Origin: a virus
Virus record (IMG/VR): IMGVR_UViG_3300041956_000050
Coordinates: 44,064-108,063 of that record
Length of the DNA: 64,000 bases
Reading direction: 5' to 3' (one strand)
The translations under genes and the position numbers were made by a program. The notes under the pieces were generated by a model. That model had not been told where the DNA came from. It saw only the letters and a list, made by a program, of their open reading frames with translations, and ran no database searches. Every line of letters begins with the position of its first letter. Position 1 is the first letter of the stretch. Positions 20,515 through 34,270 of this stretch are shown in pieces.

Positions 20515-23500
20515 TCGGGTTGTAAACGCCGAACTCTGCTAGCGCCTCGCGGACGGCAGTGATGATGCCACCGGCCATCTGGTCGGCCTTGTCGTACTGC
20601 CGGGGCGTAACGTCGCCAATGACCTGGCGCATTGTGCCGCGACTCTTTGCAACTACTGTCCGAGCGATGGCGTCAACATCGTCGCCGTCGAACAGCCTGT
20701 CGCTATCGGCTTGCAACGCCAGGTAGGCGTTCTTGATGTCGCCCTGAATCTCGGCACCGATGGGCAGAGCGCCCAGCGCCTCGGCGGTCTTGTAGTCAGA
20801 CCGCAGGGCGGTGATGATCGTCTCGTGCTGCTCATCGGTCAGCTTGACGTATTTCACTTCGTCCTCACAATCGATTGGGAGTCGAGCTTGTCACCAATGA
20901 AGACGGTGACTCGCACTGTCGTTGACGATCCGATCCCTGGTATGTCGTTCGTGTCCTCGGTGATGAGCACGTACACGCCTTCGGTCAGGAACACCCTGTC
21001 AATCACCTTGACAGAGCGACCGAGATTTTCTCGGACCATCTGTACTGCTGTGCGTTGATTCAAATGATCCTCCTCGTCTTCGGCGGATTGTCCTTGGCTT
21101 GGATGCGCGCGGCGATCCGCTCCACCTGCTGGCGACGGCTACCACTGACGACATCTTCGATGGTCGCCCACAGGCCGTCATCCTGCTTGTAGATGACGTT
21201 GCCGGGAGCCTTGTCCTCGTGGGCGATCTGTATCTGAGCGCGGATGTATGACTGCTCCGATCCCATCAGTTCGCCCCATGCGCGGATAAGCACGTAGTCC
21301 ATGTCACTCCCTCATGTCTCGTGTAATGACACTGATGTCCTGCGACAGCACCCACGGTAGTTCGTTGGCTCTGTTCTCCAGCACAGCGCTCGCGAGCATT
21401 GCCGTCAGATCTTCGACGGTTGCATCGCGTGTGATGCCATCGTTCTTGATCTCGACGGCGACGAGGAACTCGAACGTCATAGCGCCACCGTGTCGGTCAG
21501 GATCAGGGCAACCACGCCCCCGATCAGCAGTATCACCAACACTAGCGATGCTACAGCGAACCAGAAGCGGCGTCTGCCAGCGGCCTGACGTGCGCCATCA
21601 GCCCATTCCTGAGAGATGGCGCACGCCTCCTGCCACGTATCAATCGACGGAGTGTCGCCGCCGTTGACGTAATCCGGCCGCTGCATGGCTACTTCTTCAC
21701 GACCGCGCGGGCGCGGGCGAAGACAGCGGGCCGCATCTTCCTGGCGATCTTGCGGATCTCCCGCGTCGTCTCCGGGCTGAGGTTCGTAGCCGTGTGACTG
21801 CGGGCCTTGCGGCCGTCGCCGGTTGCCAGGTATCCGAGCGCGTAGCGCACGATGTCTCGCTCGCGCACATTCATCGTGCGTCCTCCGAGCTTTGCCATCA
21901 GTCCTTGCTCCTCTCGTCGTCGGTGAACTTCGCCATTGCTTACGCCGCCGCCACGCTTCGGGGGTAGGCGATCCGGCCGGTCAGCACGAAGTCGAGCACC
22001 TTGCGGAACTCGGTCTGCGAGCACTCCGCACCGAAGCGGTAGTTGAAGCCGCTGATCATGTTGGCCACAGCGTCAACGGAGTTGACATCGTGCATGTAGA
22101 TGAGCGGCTGCCACTGGACGGGGATGCGGTGGTGATAGGAGCCAGCGTCATCCTCGCGTTCCCACTCGCCAGTCACGATGCCGACCAGATACAGCCCACG
22201 GCCACCGTGGCTGCCCATGGCGATCATCAGCGTCCCGATGTCGATCTGCGGGCGATTCGACTTCTTCCAGTAGTAGCCCTCTCCGATGATCACAGCCATG
22301 TCCTTCATGGCGTCAGTTCTCGCGGGCATGGCTGGAGTGTTGACACGAACAACTCGGTACATCACCTCTCCTCCAGCTTGCGTAGCGCCCGCTCGGTGGC
22401 CCGAGCCGCCTGCGTCCGGACCACGTTGCGGATAAAGCCCTGGTAGTCGCCCGCGTCCCACAGCCAGATGTCGGTGTGCGTCTTGCTGGTCGGCATCCAC
22501 GTGGCCCACACGATGCTGCCGTCGCTCAGGTGGTACTCGCCAATGCGGTCGCCTGCCATCCTGAGGTTGGCGGGGCGCATGCCGACCGGCTCGTGCCACT
22601 TGCTGTAGCCGGGAGCGAACACCACTCCGGCCTCGACCACGATGCCATCCACGACACCGGGCTGGTTGATAACTGTCGTCATTACTTACTCCTTCTCGTT
22701 GTCGGTGAACTTCTCTTCGCCGTCAGGATCGGTGAGGATACTGACAAGGAAGCCGCCTGGCCAGCGATGTGCGCTGACCATGCGTGACTCGTCCTTCTCG
22801 CTCTCGGCCACGATCATTCCGCGACCGGCGTCACGCGCCATTGTGAACACGCCCTGGCCCTTGACCTTGCCAGCACTGTTGAACTGACGCACGTCGATAC
22901 AGAAGTGACGATTCTCCTTCTCGCCTTCGTAGTCGCCAGTGGCGAAGTCGAACAGGTTGAGCCAGATGACACCTCCTTCCCACTCGATGGCGACATGACG
23001 CTGGTATTCACGTTGCCCCGGACCATGCGGCGGCGTCTTGGGATCACCCAGCAGGTTGATCAGCGTGTCGGGCACGAAGCCCATCGCCTCGATGGCCGTA
23101 GCCATGTTCTCCGAGACGGCCGGAGTGGCGTCAAGGTTGACAACCTGCTCCAGAATGGCGGCAGCTTCATCGGCCGCGCCGGACGGATCGTCGGCCACCT
23201 GGCACCGCTCCAGCGCGCGAGCGGCGGCGTCACGCAGACGCTCCTCAGATGTCGTCATGCTTGTTGACCTCCTCCTCGACCGCCGACCGCTCGATGCCGA
23301 ACGCATCGGCAGCGGCGATGATCGCGTTCTCTCGGGTGTAGCCAGCCTTGAACTGGCTCGGATCGCCCGCCGTCAGTTGGCGGACGAATTCCCACACGGC
23401 GTCCTTGCCGTACAGGTTCTGGTACTGCTGTGCGATGGGGTATGTCATTGCGTGATGTTTCCTTCCTCGATGACGTAGAAGAGTCCTTCCTCGTCCACGT

Positions 23501-24421
23501 CGATGGTCATCATGGTGATCTCGTCGTCAAGAACGACGACATATCGACCGGCCTGCTTCGGAGTATCGAGCAGCCACTGGATGAGCCTGATCTCCTCCTC
23601 GCGCTCCTCGCGCCCCAGCAGAATGGCGTCGTCCGGCGTGTAGCCGATGATCGTTGCCATTACGCCTGCGCCTCCACGGCCTCGCGGATTGCATCCTCGA
23701 CAGCGTTGCCGAGATTGAGTTGCCACTCCTTCAAGAGCGCACGCTCCTCGCTGTCGAGCTTCTTCTTCTCCTCACCGAGATCCTTGAGGTGCTGGATCAC
23801 GTCGTTGGGCGTGTCGGCCTTGAGCACCTTGGTGTAGGGGTCAAGCTGCGGCTTCTCGCTGCCAATAGTGGTGAGGATCTTGCTGCCTCGCGCGTGCTTG
23901 CCGTTGGCAACACCCTTGCGTCCGTCAGGCATCCGGAAAGGCACAGTGACCTTCACCTGCTGGCGCTTGATCGTCTGTCGCGCCTTGTTGACGGCGTTGT
24001 CGAGCGACTTCTCGTCGTTGCCCAGGAAGCGCTCGTTGGTCGGTGCATCCCCGGTGCGGTAGATCGTCCACGAACCGTTCACAGCGGCGTGGACCTCGCA
24101 CTCGATGTTGTTGATCTCTCGTGTACCCAGTAGTGCCATGTTGGCTCCTTTAGTTGTTGTGGGCCTGTGCCTCGACCCATTTCTTCGTGCCCTCGCGGGC
24201 CTGCCGGATCAGTGACTGCATCTCCATATCAGGGTTGTCAGCCTTGACGCTGTAGATGTGCTCCCCAGCCTTACCGTCCTTGACCATGATCTCATGAATC
24301 ATGACAAGATTCTCGCGCTCCATCAGCATCTTGCCGACTTCGCTGTGCTCGCCGGACCAGATGTCACCGATGTTGGTGCCATACGGGCCACGACGACCGA
24401 GCGACATGTGATCGAAGGCGC

Positions 24422-24838
24422 TCATGCCACCTTCCTGACATGAGGCTTGACGGGGATCTCGCGGCCGTCAGGGAGTCGGCGGACGTGGCCCTTGATCTGC
24501 CACTCACCGCGCGCCCGCTGGAGCGCCTTGGGAGCCTCCTCGTCCAGCTTGTCGAACAGTTCGTAGATGCGCCCCCACAGATCCCTGACGCGCTCGTCGC
24601 CAGTGTCAAGGGCGGCGGCGACGAGATCGGGGTTGAACTGGAGCCGGTGAGTGTTGTAGTACGTCGTCCACCCGCCGCCGATTGCCACGGTGGCGCAGGT
24701 CTTGCCATTCCGGTCGTCGTAGTCAACAGTGATGCGGCTGTCGTAGCTCTGCGCGTACACACGCAGGCCGGATGCCTTGCTGCCCTGTCGGGTGGCAGGA
24801 CCGCGAGCACCTTCAACGCCGCCGTAGAACGTAGCCAT
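24422..24838 (-). CDS. hypothetical protein
   Basis: AAGGAG RBS; C-terminal IKGHVRR...VKPHVR motif. Confidence 0.6.
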   Translation of the reverse strand: MATFYGGVEGARGPATRQGSKASGLRVYAQSYDSRITVDYDDRNGKTCATVAIGGGWTTYYNTHRLQFNPDLVAAALDTGDERVRDLWGRIYELFDKLDEEAPKALQRARGEWQIKGHVRRLPDGREIPVKPHVRKVA

Positions 24839-25352
24839 TGTTACTCCTTGTCGTCTATGTTGTCATACCGTCAGGCAGAAGTGGCACGTGGGTGGGCCGG
24901 GATGCGGCTCCCACGGCAGATCTGCCCAACGGGTTGTAACGATGAAACAGTCTTGACGATGAACCTTGCCGTGGCCTAGCTCATCGAGCGCGACTACGCA
25001 CGGCCCATGCGAGCGGTGCGGGCGCGGCGGCAGCGTGTAGCTGTCCATCTCCAGCAATACGCCGCCAGCGCCGTAGATGCGGATCTCCATCTTCATGTCG
25101 CGCTTGATCCTAGCGAACTATATGCCAGATGGCAACTGCGCCTGGCAGAAACAGCAGATGTACGCCATCGCTCCCGAAGCGCACTCGTGCTCGCGCACGG
25201 TGATCCTCGTCCGGCCCTGGAAGCGAATGCTGCGAAGCTCCTCGTTGCGGTCGCCAAGCTGCCGGTTGGCGTCAGCGCGACAGTCGGCCTCAACCGTGTC
25301 GCGCAACTCGTCGTCCACGAACAGGTCGAAGACGGCGGTCGGGGTGGTGTAG

Positions 25353-25751
25353 CTAGTCACGATTCCTCAATTCTGCCAACGCGGCGTCGATGCGCGCACG
25401 CTCGTCCTCGATCATCTGCTGGCGCGCGATGATCTTCTCGTGCTCGATGCGCAAGTCCTCAGCCTCCTCGCCAAGCTCCCTGATCAGCGTGTCCTCGAAG
25501 TCAGAGGTGAGCGCGTCCGGGTTGACCGGCGGCTGCTCCGTCGTCTCCTCGGCGGCGGCATACAAGCGCTTGCTACCGTGATAGTTGACGATCAGGTCGC
25601 CGCTGCGCACCAGAGCGGCGAGCACCGGGCCGATGCCCTGCGGCTTGACGCCGAGCAATGCGGCAGCCTCGCCTCCGGTGAACTCGCCGTGCTCACGCGC
25701 ATACTGCTGAAGCTGCGTGGCACGATCTGCGTTGTAAATAGTAACGTCCAT
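25353..25751 (-). CDS. winged-helix DNA-binding protein with coiled coil
   Basis: FTGGEAAALLGVKPQGIGPVLAALVRSG...KRLY. Confidence 0.6.
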   Translation of the reverse strand: MDVTIYNADRATQLQQYAREHGEFTGGEAAALLGVKPQGIGPVLAALVRSGDLIVNYHGSKRLYAAAEETTEQPPVNPDALTSDFEDTLIRELGEEAEDLRIEHEKIIARQQMIEDERARIDAALAELRNRD

Positions 25752-26047
25752 TGATCTACCTCTTCTTCCCGGTGTCGTTGTCTTCTTTGATCCGCTGGGC
25801 GCGGAGTAGCGCCTCGACCGCCCACTCCTTGATCGAGTCGCGATGAATCGGTGAGTCGAGATCCCACGTCTTGTCAACGTCAAGAGTCTCGACAAGTTCG
25901 CCGTCGTCGGTGACGATATGAATCCTGGGCATGTGTCCTTCTGTCGTCGGTGTTGTTGGGACCGGGGCGCTCCTCCCAACACCCCGGTCCCGCTGACCCC
26001 CTCGGCCCGAAGAGGCCAGGCGGGCGACTATACCAGCTTGATCCCAC

Positions 26048-26356
26048 CTAGTAGCAGTACGGCTGCCGGATGCTCCGGTCGAACAGAACCCCGGCGTAGC
26101 GGCTCCTGTACCACTGATAGGTCGCCTCGCAGGTGGCATCGTCTGTGTAGAAGACGACCGCGCAGCGGACCTTGTTGCGCGACCGACGCCAGCAGGACAT
26201 GTCGTAGTCGCCGTAGTCGGAGATCTGGTTCAGATCGATGCGGGCCTTGTGCTTCGCGGCCTTCATCGACAGGAACGGAGCAGCGCTGGCCTGCGCGGGG
26301 GCAGTGGCACCAGCGAACAGCAGAGCCGCGAGAGCGGCGAGGATGAACTTCTTCAT
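26048..26356 (-). CDS. small secreted Cys-containing protein
   Basis: Signal peptide MKKFILAALAALLFAGATAPAQA; AAGGAG RBS. Confidence 0.7.
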   Translation of the reverse strand: MKKFILAALAALLFAGATAPAQASAAPFLSMKAAKHKARIDLNQISDYGDYDMSCWRRSRNKVRCAVVFYTDDATCEATYQWYRSRYAGVLFDRSIRQPYCY

Positions 26357-26999
26357 GGTTACTCCTTGGTTATGTTGTTGGTGTTGACAGGCAGCGTCAT
26401 GACGACGATGCCGATGCAGATGCCGAAGGCGAGCGAAGCTTCGTCCATCGCGGGGTAGTTGTCGAAGACGCTCTCCCCGATGAACTTCTCGATCTCGGCA
26501 CCTTCGGGGTAGGTGTCCATCATGGCGACCAGATCGGCCGCGTCATGCAGGCGTTCGGCGCTAATCATCGTCGCGGATGACCTCGATCTTCCAGCCGTCC
26601 GAGAGCACGATGGTTCCGCCCTCATCCGGCATGTCCAGCGCCTCGGCCTCAGCACGGTAGAAGCCGTACTGCGTCAGCGCCTCACGGTCCTCACCGAACG
26701 CTTCCATGCGGTCGTGAACAACCTGCACAGCCACGTCGCGCGCCTCCTGCAAGCCTTCGCAGGCGGTGGTGAAGCATACTCCTGCGGCGCTGGCCGGGTA
26801 CGCCTTGACAAGATACCTCACGACTGCGGCTCCCAGTCCACCGTCCGCGAGAAGTTGCCCTCGACGTAGAACACGCCGATCTCGAAGTCGCCCAGCTTGG
26901 CGTCAAGCTCGTCGGCATGGGCGTCCCATATCTCCTGAGCGACACCAGTGATGTCGCCTTCGGTCACGTCTTTGACATCAATGATGATGCGGTAGTTGC

Positions 27000-27890
27000 T
27001 CATCGCGTCTCCGTTCCGCGTGCGTTCCACTCTGCACGCTCGTTGTTTTCTGCCAGCCGTGCCTCGATGGCGTGCTCCAGTGATGCGTAGCACTCATCGA
27101 CGGTGTGCTTGTGGTCACCGACGAAGCCGAAGCAGGAGTCGTGGTAGCCCGTCTCCTCGTCCTGCACGCTGTAGTAGGTCACGTCGCCCTCCAGATAGGA
27201 GGCGTAGACCTTCACCTCGTCGCGCAGCGCAGCCTCGATCTGCTCATCAGTGGCGTCATCACCGATGCACGCCTTGACCATCTCAGGCGTGTCGAAGACG
27301 AAGCCGACGAATGAGGTGTCCCATCCGGCGCTGTCACCCATGAAGCGATCCGTCGAGCGCACGTCGGACTTCTGGAGCACGTCGCCCACCCTCGGTCCTG
27401 CCGACATCGTGATGCCGGAATGCTCGTACACGAACAGACCGATGACAACACGCGCGCCATGCTCAGCCTTGAAGTAGCGTGCCGGGTCCACCGTGAAGCG
27501 ACCGTCGCCGTTGCAGACGTGACAGTCATCGGCGGTGCCGAGAGGATCGCCCTCGACAGGATGCTCGATCACGCCGCTGCCCTTGCACTCGTCGCACTCG
27601 ATCTCGAAGTCGATCTCCGAGATGTCCTCGTCACCGAGATTGTAGCCACGATAGCTGACGGCCATCGTGCCGACGTTGCTCCAGTCGCGCGGATTGGCAT
27701 GACTGATGTCAGATTCCTCGTAGGCGACGGTGCCCTCCAGACCATCGAACGGGAACACCCAGTCGTTGGTCGTCAGGTCGAACTCCTTGATCGTGTACGT
27801 CGTCTCGGGGTGGCCACGATCCTCCACCGCATGGACGTTGTAGACAACATCATTGACGGTGATCGTGCCCTCATCCATGTTGTAGCTCAT
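27000..27890 (-). CDS. hypothetical protein with DnaJ-type CxxCxGxG Zn insertion
   Basis: CDECKGSG...CHVCNGDG. Confidence 0.65.
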   Translation of the reverse strand: MSYNMDEGTITVNDVVYNVHAVEDRGHPETTYTIKEFDLTTNDWVFPFDGLEGTVAYEESDISHANPRDWSNVGTMAVSYRGYNLGDEDISEIDFEIECDECKGSGVIEHPVEGDPLGTADDCHVCNGDGRFTVDPARYFKAEHGARVVIGLFVYEHSGITMSAGPRVGDVLQKSDVRSTDRFMGDSAGWDTSFVGFVFDTPEMVKACIGDDATDEQIEAALRDEVKVYASYLEGDVTYYSVQDEETGYHDSCFGFVGDHKHTVDECYASLEHAIEARLAENNERAEWNARGTETR

Positions 27891-28866
27891 TGATCCTCCA
27901 TTGGGTAGCGGTCTGCGATTTCCTGATCAGCATGGCTGTCAGTGTCTTCTGTGAACAGATGAACAAGACGGCCGTCGCCGGAGGCCGCATGATCGGCGGC
28001 GCAGACGGGGCACATCAGGTTGGCACTGGTGATCTCGGCCTTGTCGCCATACATGTCAGGCAAGACGTACAGAGCCGGGGCACCGCAGTCATAGCAGTTG
28101 CCCTTGCTGTCGTCCCACGTGAACTCAACCTTGACAAGACTCATGCTGTCTCTTTCTCGTGTTGTTCTTTGGCCTCTATCACGGCGGTCTGCATCCAGCC
28201 GTCACCGATGTAGTCCTCAACGATCTCGTAGATCAGCGAAGCCACGTCGTTGTGACCGGCGTCGGCGTAGCGCAGCGCCAGCACCAGATAGTCGCGACCC
28301 CACTTGAGTGGCTTGACCTTGCCATTGCGCAGCGAAGTCACGTCGATGTCCAGTACGTTGACGATCCCGAAGGTGTTGATCTCGTTGTCGTGATCGGGAT
28401 CGCGCACGACCACGACAATCGGCTTGCGGATCTTGCGCGCCGTCATGACAGAAACTCTCCGTTCCAGTGCTTGACGATGTTCTCGACGCTGACCCAGGCG
28501 AAGTCCGCCCGCTTGCCATCCGGTATCTGTGCCACCGTGGCAAAGTCGTTCTTGATCCCGCAGATGACAGCACGCTTGCCGTCGAGTGTGACCTCGTTAT
28601 CCGCAAGCTCGCGTCGTCGCTCGATGGGCATGATGTCAGTCACTTCTTCTGTTCCTCCACGGACAGGACTTCCTCGATATCGGCATTGCCTTCGGTGAAC
28701 TTGGCGATGTTGCCGGAGGTGACCATCTCCTCGGCGTAGACCTTGCGATCCTCGTCGTCCACCTGATTGACGGGGGTGTCGTTGTAGGTGGCCACATCCT
28801 TGTCAGTGAACTCGACAAGGTAGCGGCGCTCTGTCCTCTCGACAGTGTTGACTTCGTACACGTACC

Positions 28867-30378
28867 TCATGACTGCTCCTTCTCAAGCTCTCTGCGCATC
28901 CGGCGCTCGCGAGCGATCCTGATGCCTCGGGGGATGCTTTTCTCGGCCGGAGCCGCGACGTAGTTATCGATCCACGACAGCGACCCACGGTCGAGTCGCT
29001 CGATGGCGCGGGTGACGCTGACGTAGCTCAGCATGCACTCGCTCTTGACAGGTCCGGACGGCGTACCGTCCTCGTTCATCGGCTCGCGGAAGTCCGGGCC
29101 GATCTTGACCGACTGCCACTCACGGCCCTTGGACTTGTGAGCGGTGCTGACGATCACGCTGGCGTAGCGCTCATCGACAGCTTTGTTGGCCACGTCCATC
29201 ACCGTCTCGACACCGTAAGTGTCAATCAAGTTGACGAACACCTTCAGGTCGGAGCCACCCTCGCCATGCACGTACTGACTGACCTCGGTCCAGTTCTTGA
29301 AGCCGATCAGTTCGGGGTGGTAGGTCTGCTCGCCGCGCATCAGATCGCGCGCTGCCTCAGCGAATGCGCGGATCTCGCCAGTGCCACCGACGATGGCCAC
29401 CTGCTGATTGGCCTGCTGCTGATGCAGTGCCTCGGCCACCACGCCTGCGTTCGTGCGGCACAGGATCGCCTTCGCCGTGTCAAGCATGGCGATCTCAGAC
29501 GGGATCTCCTTGAAGCCCTTCAGCCGCAGCGGTGCGTCGATCTGGTCGAGCCACTTGTTGGCCTCGTCCGCAATGGCAGGGCCGAAGCGGAAGCTCTGTG
29601 ACAGCGTGAGCTTGTGCGGGGCATCGAAGCGGTCCATCGCGTCCTCAGCACCACGCCAGGCGTAGATCTGCTGCGCAGAGTCACCGACCATGATGATCTG
29701 TGCGTCCTGATTCTTGACAACTCCCTCGATGCAGGGATTGGCGTCCTGCGCCTCGTCAAGAAGCACGACATCGAACGGCAGCTTCGGGTTGGACAGCGCC
29801 CACAGCTTGAGGTAGATGTCGTGCTGGAAGCGCAGCTTGCCGTTGGTGTCGATCAGGTCGTGCCACGCCTTGACGGCGTAGGGGGCGACCATCTCGGCAA
29901 GCTCGCGGAAGTAATCCTCCGCACCGGGAATCCACGGTACGTGCCGGGAGGTGATCTGTGCGTCGGCTGAGTAGCAGAACTTCTTCACCGTCTCCAGCGC
30001 CAGCAGCGCCAGCTTGACGGGTCCGTACTGCGCCTCACCCCACGCCACGCCCTCCTTGATGCCAAGGATACTGGCACTTGCTTTGGCTGACACACGCGGT
30101 GCGTCGAGCCGGGACTTGAACTGCACGCCAACTGCGCGGAAGGCGAAGCTGTGCGCCGTAGCGGCAGTAGTGTTGCCGCCGAACTTCTTCTTGGCGTCAC
30201 CAGCGATGGCGCGGTTGTAGGCGATGTAGCCAAGCTGCTCGTACTTCGGCTTGGCCCTGGCGATCTGCGTGAGGTTGGTCGTCTTACCGCAACCTGCTCC
30301 GGCCTGCACGACGATGTTCTCGCCGGTCAGACTGGCCTCGATGATCGCTTCCTGCTCGGGTGTTGGCTTGTTTGCCAC
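28867..30378 (-). CDS. UvrD/SF1 DNA helicase
   Basis: AGAGCGKT, LLDEAQD, VGDSAQQIYAWRG, LSQSFRFG, STAHKSKGREW and YVSVTRA. Confidence 0.92.
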   Translation of the reverse strand: MANKPTPEQEAIIEASLTGENIVVQAGAGCGKTTNLTQIARAKPKYEQLGYIAYNRAIAGDAKKKFGGNTTAATAHSFAFRAVGVQFKSRLDAPRVSAKASASILGIKEGVAWGEAQYGPVKLALLALETVKKFCYSADAQITSRHVPWIPGAEDYFRELAEMVAPYAVKAWHDLIDTNGKLRFQHDIYLKLWALSNPKLPFDVVLLDEAQDANPCIEGVVKNQDAQIIMVGDSAQQIYAWRGAEDAMDRFDAPHKLTLSQSFRFGPAIADEANKWLDQIDAPLRLKGFKEIPSEIAMLDTAKAILCRTNAGVVAEALHQQQANQQVAIVGGTGEIRAFAEAARDLMRGEQTYHPELIGFKNWTEVSQYVHGEGGSDLKVFVNLIDTYGVETVMDVANKAVDERYASVIVSTAHKSKGREWQSVKIGPDFREPMNEDGTPSGPVKSECMLSYVSVTRAIERLDRGSLSWIDNYVAAPAEKSIPRGIRIARERRMRRELEKEQS

Positions 30379-33300
30379 TGCTTCGCTCCTTAGTTTCGGT
30401 CTATACGGGGCGTACTTCGGGGTGATCCTAGCAGGTTTGCTAGGCTCGGGGATCGCTGCCGTAGCCGTACCGCTCAGCGATGTGGGGCGGGATCATGCGG
30501 GCGAGATCCCAGTCGCCGTGGGCATCATCGAACGTGTCGTGATTGCCGTCATCCAGATCGACGCTGTACCACGTCGTATCCGGCAGCGGCTCACCGGTCA
30601 CGCCATGCTTCTGGTCGCGATAGGTGTTCGTGGCGTGCAGCACTGTGCCCCACTGCATCGCGTAGTGGGAGAAGAACCTGTCGCCAGGCTTGAACTGCGG
30701 TTGCGTCTGTGTTGTCATGTCACCACTTGTTGAGGGGTCGGGGTTGCGCTCGAACCGGCGGTACATCAGGGAACGATGGAGGAGACGCTTGTCTCGAAGT
30801 TGTCGAGCGCGACGTGAGCCTCGTCCAGATGGCCCTCATTCGCTTCGTCACTGTTGTCATCTTGCGCCGCTTGGACGGCATCAAGGGCAACGCGGACATC
30901 GTTGATCTTCTCCTCCAGCGCGTTGAGCAGATCCTCGTTACTCATCGTCTTCGCCCTCCTCGTTCTCCTCCGGAGCACCGTCAAGCAGCACACCGGGGAA
31001 GTACACAATCGTGTTCTGGCCCATCCCGTCCATGTTCAGACGGTCGGCCAGTTCGTGCGCGTTGATGCCCGCCTCGTTGAGATACAGCAGGATGTCGAAC
31101 GCATCACCGATCATGTCAACACAGAAGCCGAAGCCCTCGCGGGCGAAGCGGCCGGTGTACTCGGTGCGGATCACCTCGTCCGGATCAAGGTCGGCCTGCT
31201 CAACGGCGTTGGCCACGTCTTCGTATGACAGCTTCATGTTTGCTCCTTGATTGCTTTCTGAATTGCGTCCCAGGTCAGTGGCGACGGCGAGAACGTGACG
31301 CCTTCGAGGTAGTCGCCATCAGGGTTGACCATTGCTTGTAGCGTGCCCATGTCATCGATCACGGTGACGAAGTTCCAGCCATCGTCGCCCGCTTCTTGTA
31401 GCTCGATCTTCACAGGCCCAGGATGTCGCCGTGCCGGACATCCGACTCGACCTCACTGCACACCTCAGAGATCTCGCGCGCATCGAGGTAAGAGTAAGCA
31501 CCGTTGTCAATCTCGTGGAGCACGTTGCCGAAGTGGCGGTCGTGCCACTTGTCCCACGCGCTGTCGTCATGACGGTCGGGCTTGCCATCGTCCTTGTTGA
31601 CGAGCGCTGTCGCCTCCTCCACGGCAAGGCGCTGCACGTAGTCGTACTCTTGCTCGTTGAGGCTCATCAGATCTCCTCGAAGAACTCACCGTCGTTGCCG
31701 ATGGCGATCAACTCGTCAACTAGCTTGTCAGGAGCGACATCATCAATGCGCTCGTTGATGACCTGGCCGACCATCGAGCCGTCGAACGCCTCGCGCATCG
31801 CGTGGCTCATGTCCTGCGGCGGATCGTCGGCGGTGTGATAGACGACGTAGGTGTAGGTCGTCTTCTGTACGTGGGTCATCGCGCCAGCCTCACGTCAGCA
31901 CGCTTGAGCATGTCCTCGTAGGCGCGCTCCTTGGTCATGTCGTAGTGCCCGATGGAGCACATCGACTCGCCACGGTTGTTGATGTTGACACGATGCGTGC
32001 CACACTGATCATCGCGCTCCCAGGCGACGATGTAGATGCGCTCCCAGTAGCGCGGGCCGGTCACCCGCACGTCCTCGTCAGTCATGACAAGGGCGTACAC
32101 CTGAGCACCGCGCAGATTGTCACGGACGGCCTGCTCGACGCGGGCCAGGTAGTCGTTCATCTCGAAACGTGTCATTATTCCTCCTTAGTAGTAGATGATC
32201 TGACCGTCGCTGGTGACGGTCGAGAAAACTGCGCTCATCGACGTGGCGATGTCGTGCGCCGCTTGCTCAGTGCAGGGAAACTCGTTCTGACCACCACGGC
32301 CAGTAACGATGACAGTACCCTTGACTTGCTGATACTGCACCTGTGGCGGCTCAGGCAGCGCACCACTGGTGACGATCACCCGCCCATAGACCTTGCCGAT
32401 ATGGGGCCGGATCTCAGGCATCTTGTCAAGCAGGCCGTCCTCCGGCTCGATCCGCCAGGCTATGTCGCCACACTCGACACCATCCTCGTTCATGTAGTCG
32501 GATCGACGGGCGAGCGTCATGTTGTAGTCCGGCTCGGGATCGGTATACGGATAGATCGTCAGTGACGAGTAGTCCAGATCGAAGCCGAGTGCGTCGATGC
32601 TGAAACCGTTGTCAAACGCGCCTCTCCCTTGCGGATTGCGCTGCTCGTTGAAGTCAGCGCCCTGAAATATGACGGTAATCATGTTGTCTTCTATCGGGAC
32701 CGCTGGATGTGGGCGTCGAACGTGTTGTAGACGTGGCGCATGGCCTGCGCGCACTCGTCCCAGGTTCGGATGCCCCTCGGGAACACCTCAGAGGCGAACC
32801 AGTCAAGCTCGTACTTCTCGACAAGCTTCTTGACGGTCGGGCGCAGCTTGCCCACATTGGGCAGGAACATGCCGTGGTTCGCCTTGAACTCAGCGTTCTG
32901 CGTCTCCACGAGCATGATGATCATGTTGACGGTGCGCGTCTCCCCACTGGGAAACGTCACGTCAAGGTCTGCCATGGGCAGGTTGCCGATGGTCGGCATT
33001 TGTCACTCTCCTCGCTCGCGAGCGCTCTGCTCGCGGACTTCGTTGATGGTTTCCTCGTCCAGCCACTCGCTCGGATCGAACTTGTCACCGAACGTGATCT
33101 CGCCGTACTCCACGATCATGTAGGCCACGTCGTCGTGACTGTTGACGACGATGCCCATGTCGGAGTCGAGCGCGTAGTAGGTGATCGAGTCACCTGAGTT
33201 GTAGGACATGATGTGTGCCAGCATGATTGCCAGGCGAGCGCACGTCCGGGTGTCACTGCCGTAGCGGCCACCCGGTACACCCAGGTTGCCGTCCTGCATC

Positions 33301-34270
33301 AGAAACGCCATGGCGTGATCCATGAACACCTCCTCCCCGCCTTCCTCCTGGCCGGGGATCTCGGTCAGCATCGCGTTCAGGTTGTTGTCAGGACCAACGA
33401 CAGGCACCGTGAAGCTCTTGTTGTTCCACGTCACCTGCGTCCACCACTTGGGGTTGTCCATCAGCCTCTCCAATTGCTGTTCTCGGTGTCGCGCCAGTCC
33501 CACATCATGGGCGGGCGCTCATCCTCGTCTTCGTCCTCATCCTCGTCGTCGTCATCACCGTTGAAGTGAGCCTCGACGCACTGCTTGAGCGCATCCAGGG
33601 TGAAGGGAATGCGCGAGCGATTCTCGGCATGATCCCACACGTTGATTACGTCAACAGCATGGAAGTCATCCTCGTACATGCCGGACTGACCCTGCGGCTG
33701 TATGTAGCCGATGTCGATGTACTCGCCACCGTGCCAGCGGGCAACGATGCCCTCGTCCTCGTTGACGTACTGCATGTAGGCGTCACTCATGCTGACTCCT
33801 TCTGTGCGTAGTTGATTGGATACCAGCGGGAGCCGAGCGCGGTGAACTCCTCGGGCGGGTTGACAACCTCGTCGGTCCAACCCATGATCTCCTGCGTGGC
33901 CTGCCACTTGCCAGCGGCAAAGCCCTTCCAGAAGCCGTCCTCGGCTCCCTCGTGGTAGGCGTCGTTCTCACTGTCGATGGCGATGTCACTAATCCTGCGC
34001 ATCAGTCATCACTGCTTCCATCGCGCTCGGTGATCTCCACGTCAAGCGGGACGAGGTGCGGCTTGGCGTTGCGGTGATGCGGCCACATCTCGAAGAACCG
34101 CTCCTTGTGCGCTGCCAGAAGCTCGCGCACCTTGTCCGGCGTCGGCGGCATGGCGATGGAGAACCGGTGGTCCTCCGTGTAGGTCAGCAGGTTGCAGGAC
34201 GGGTCGCGGTCAGCGACCGCCGTGATACGGACGTTGATATACATGATGATCCTTGTGTCGTCGTTGTTGT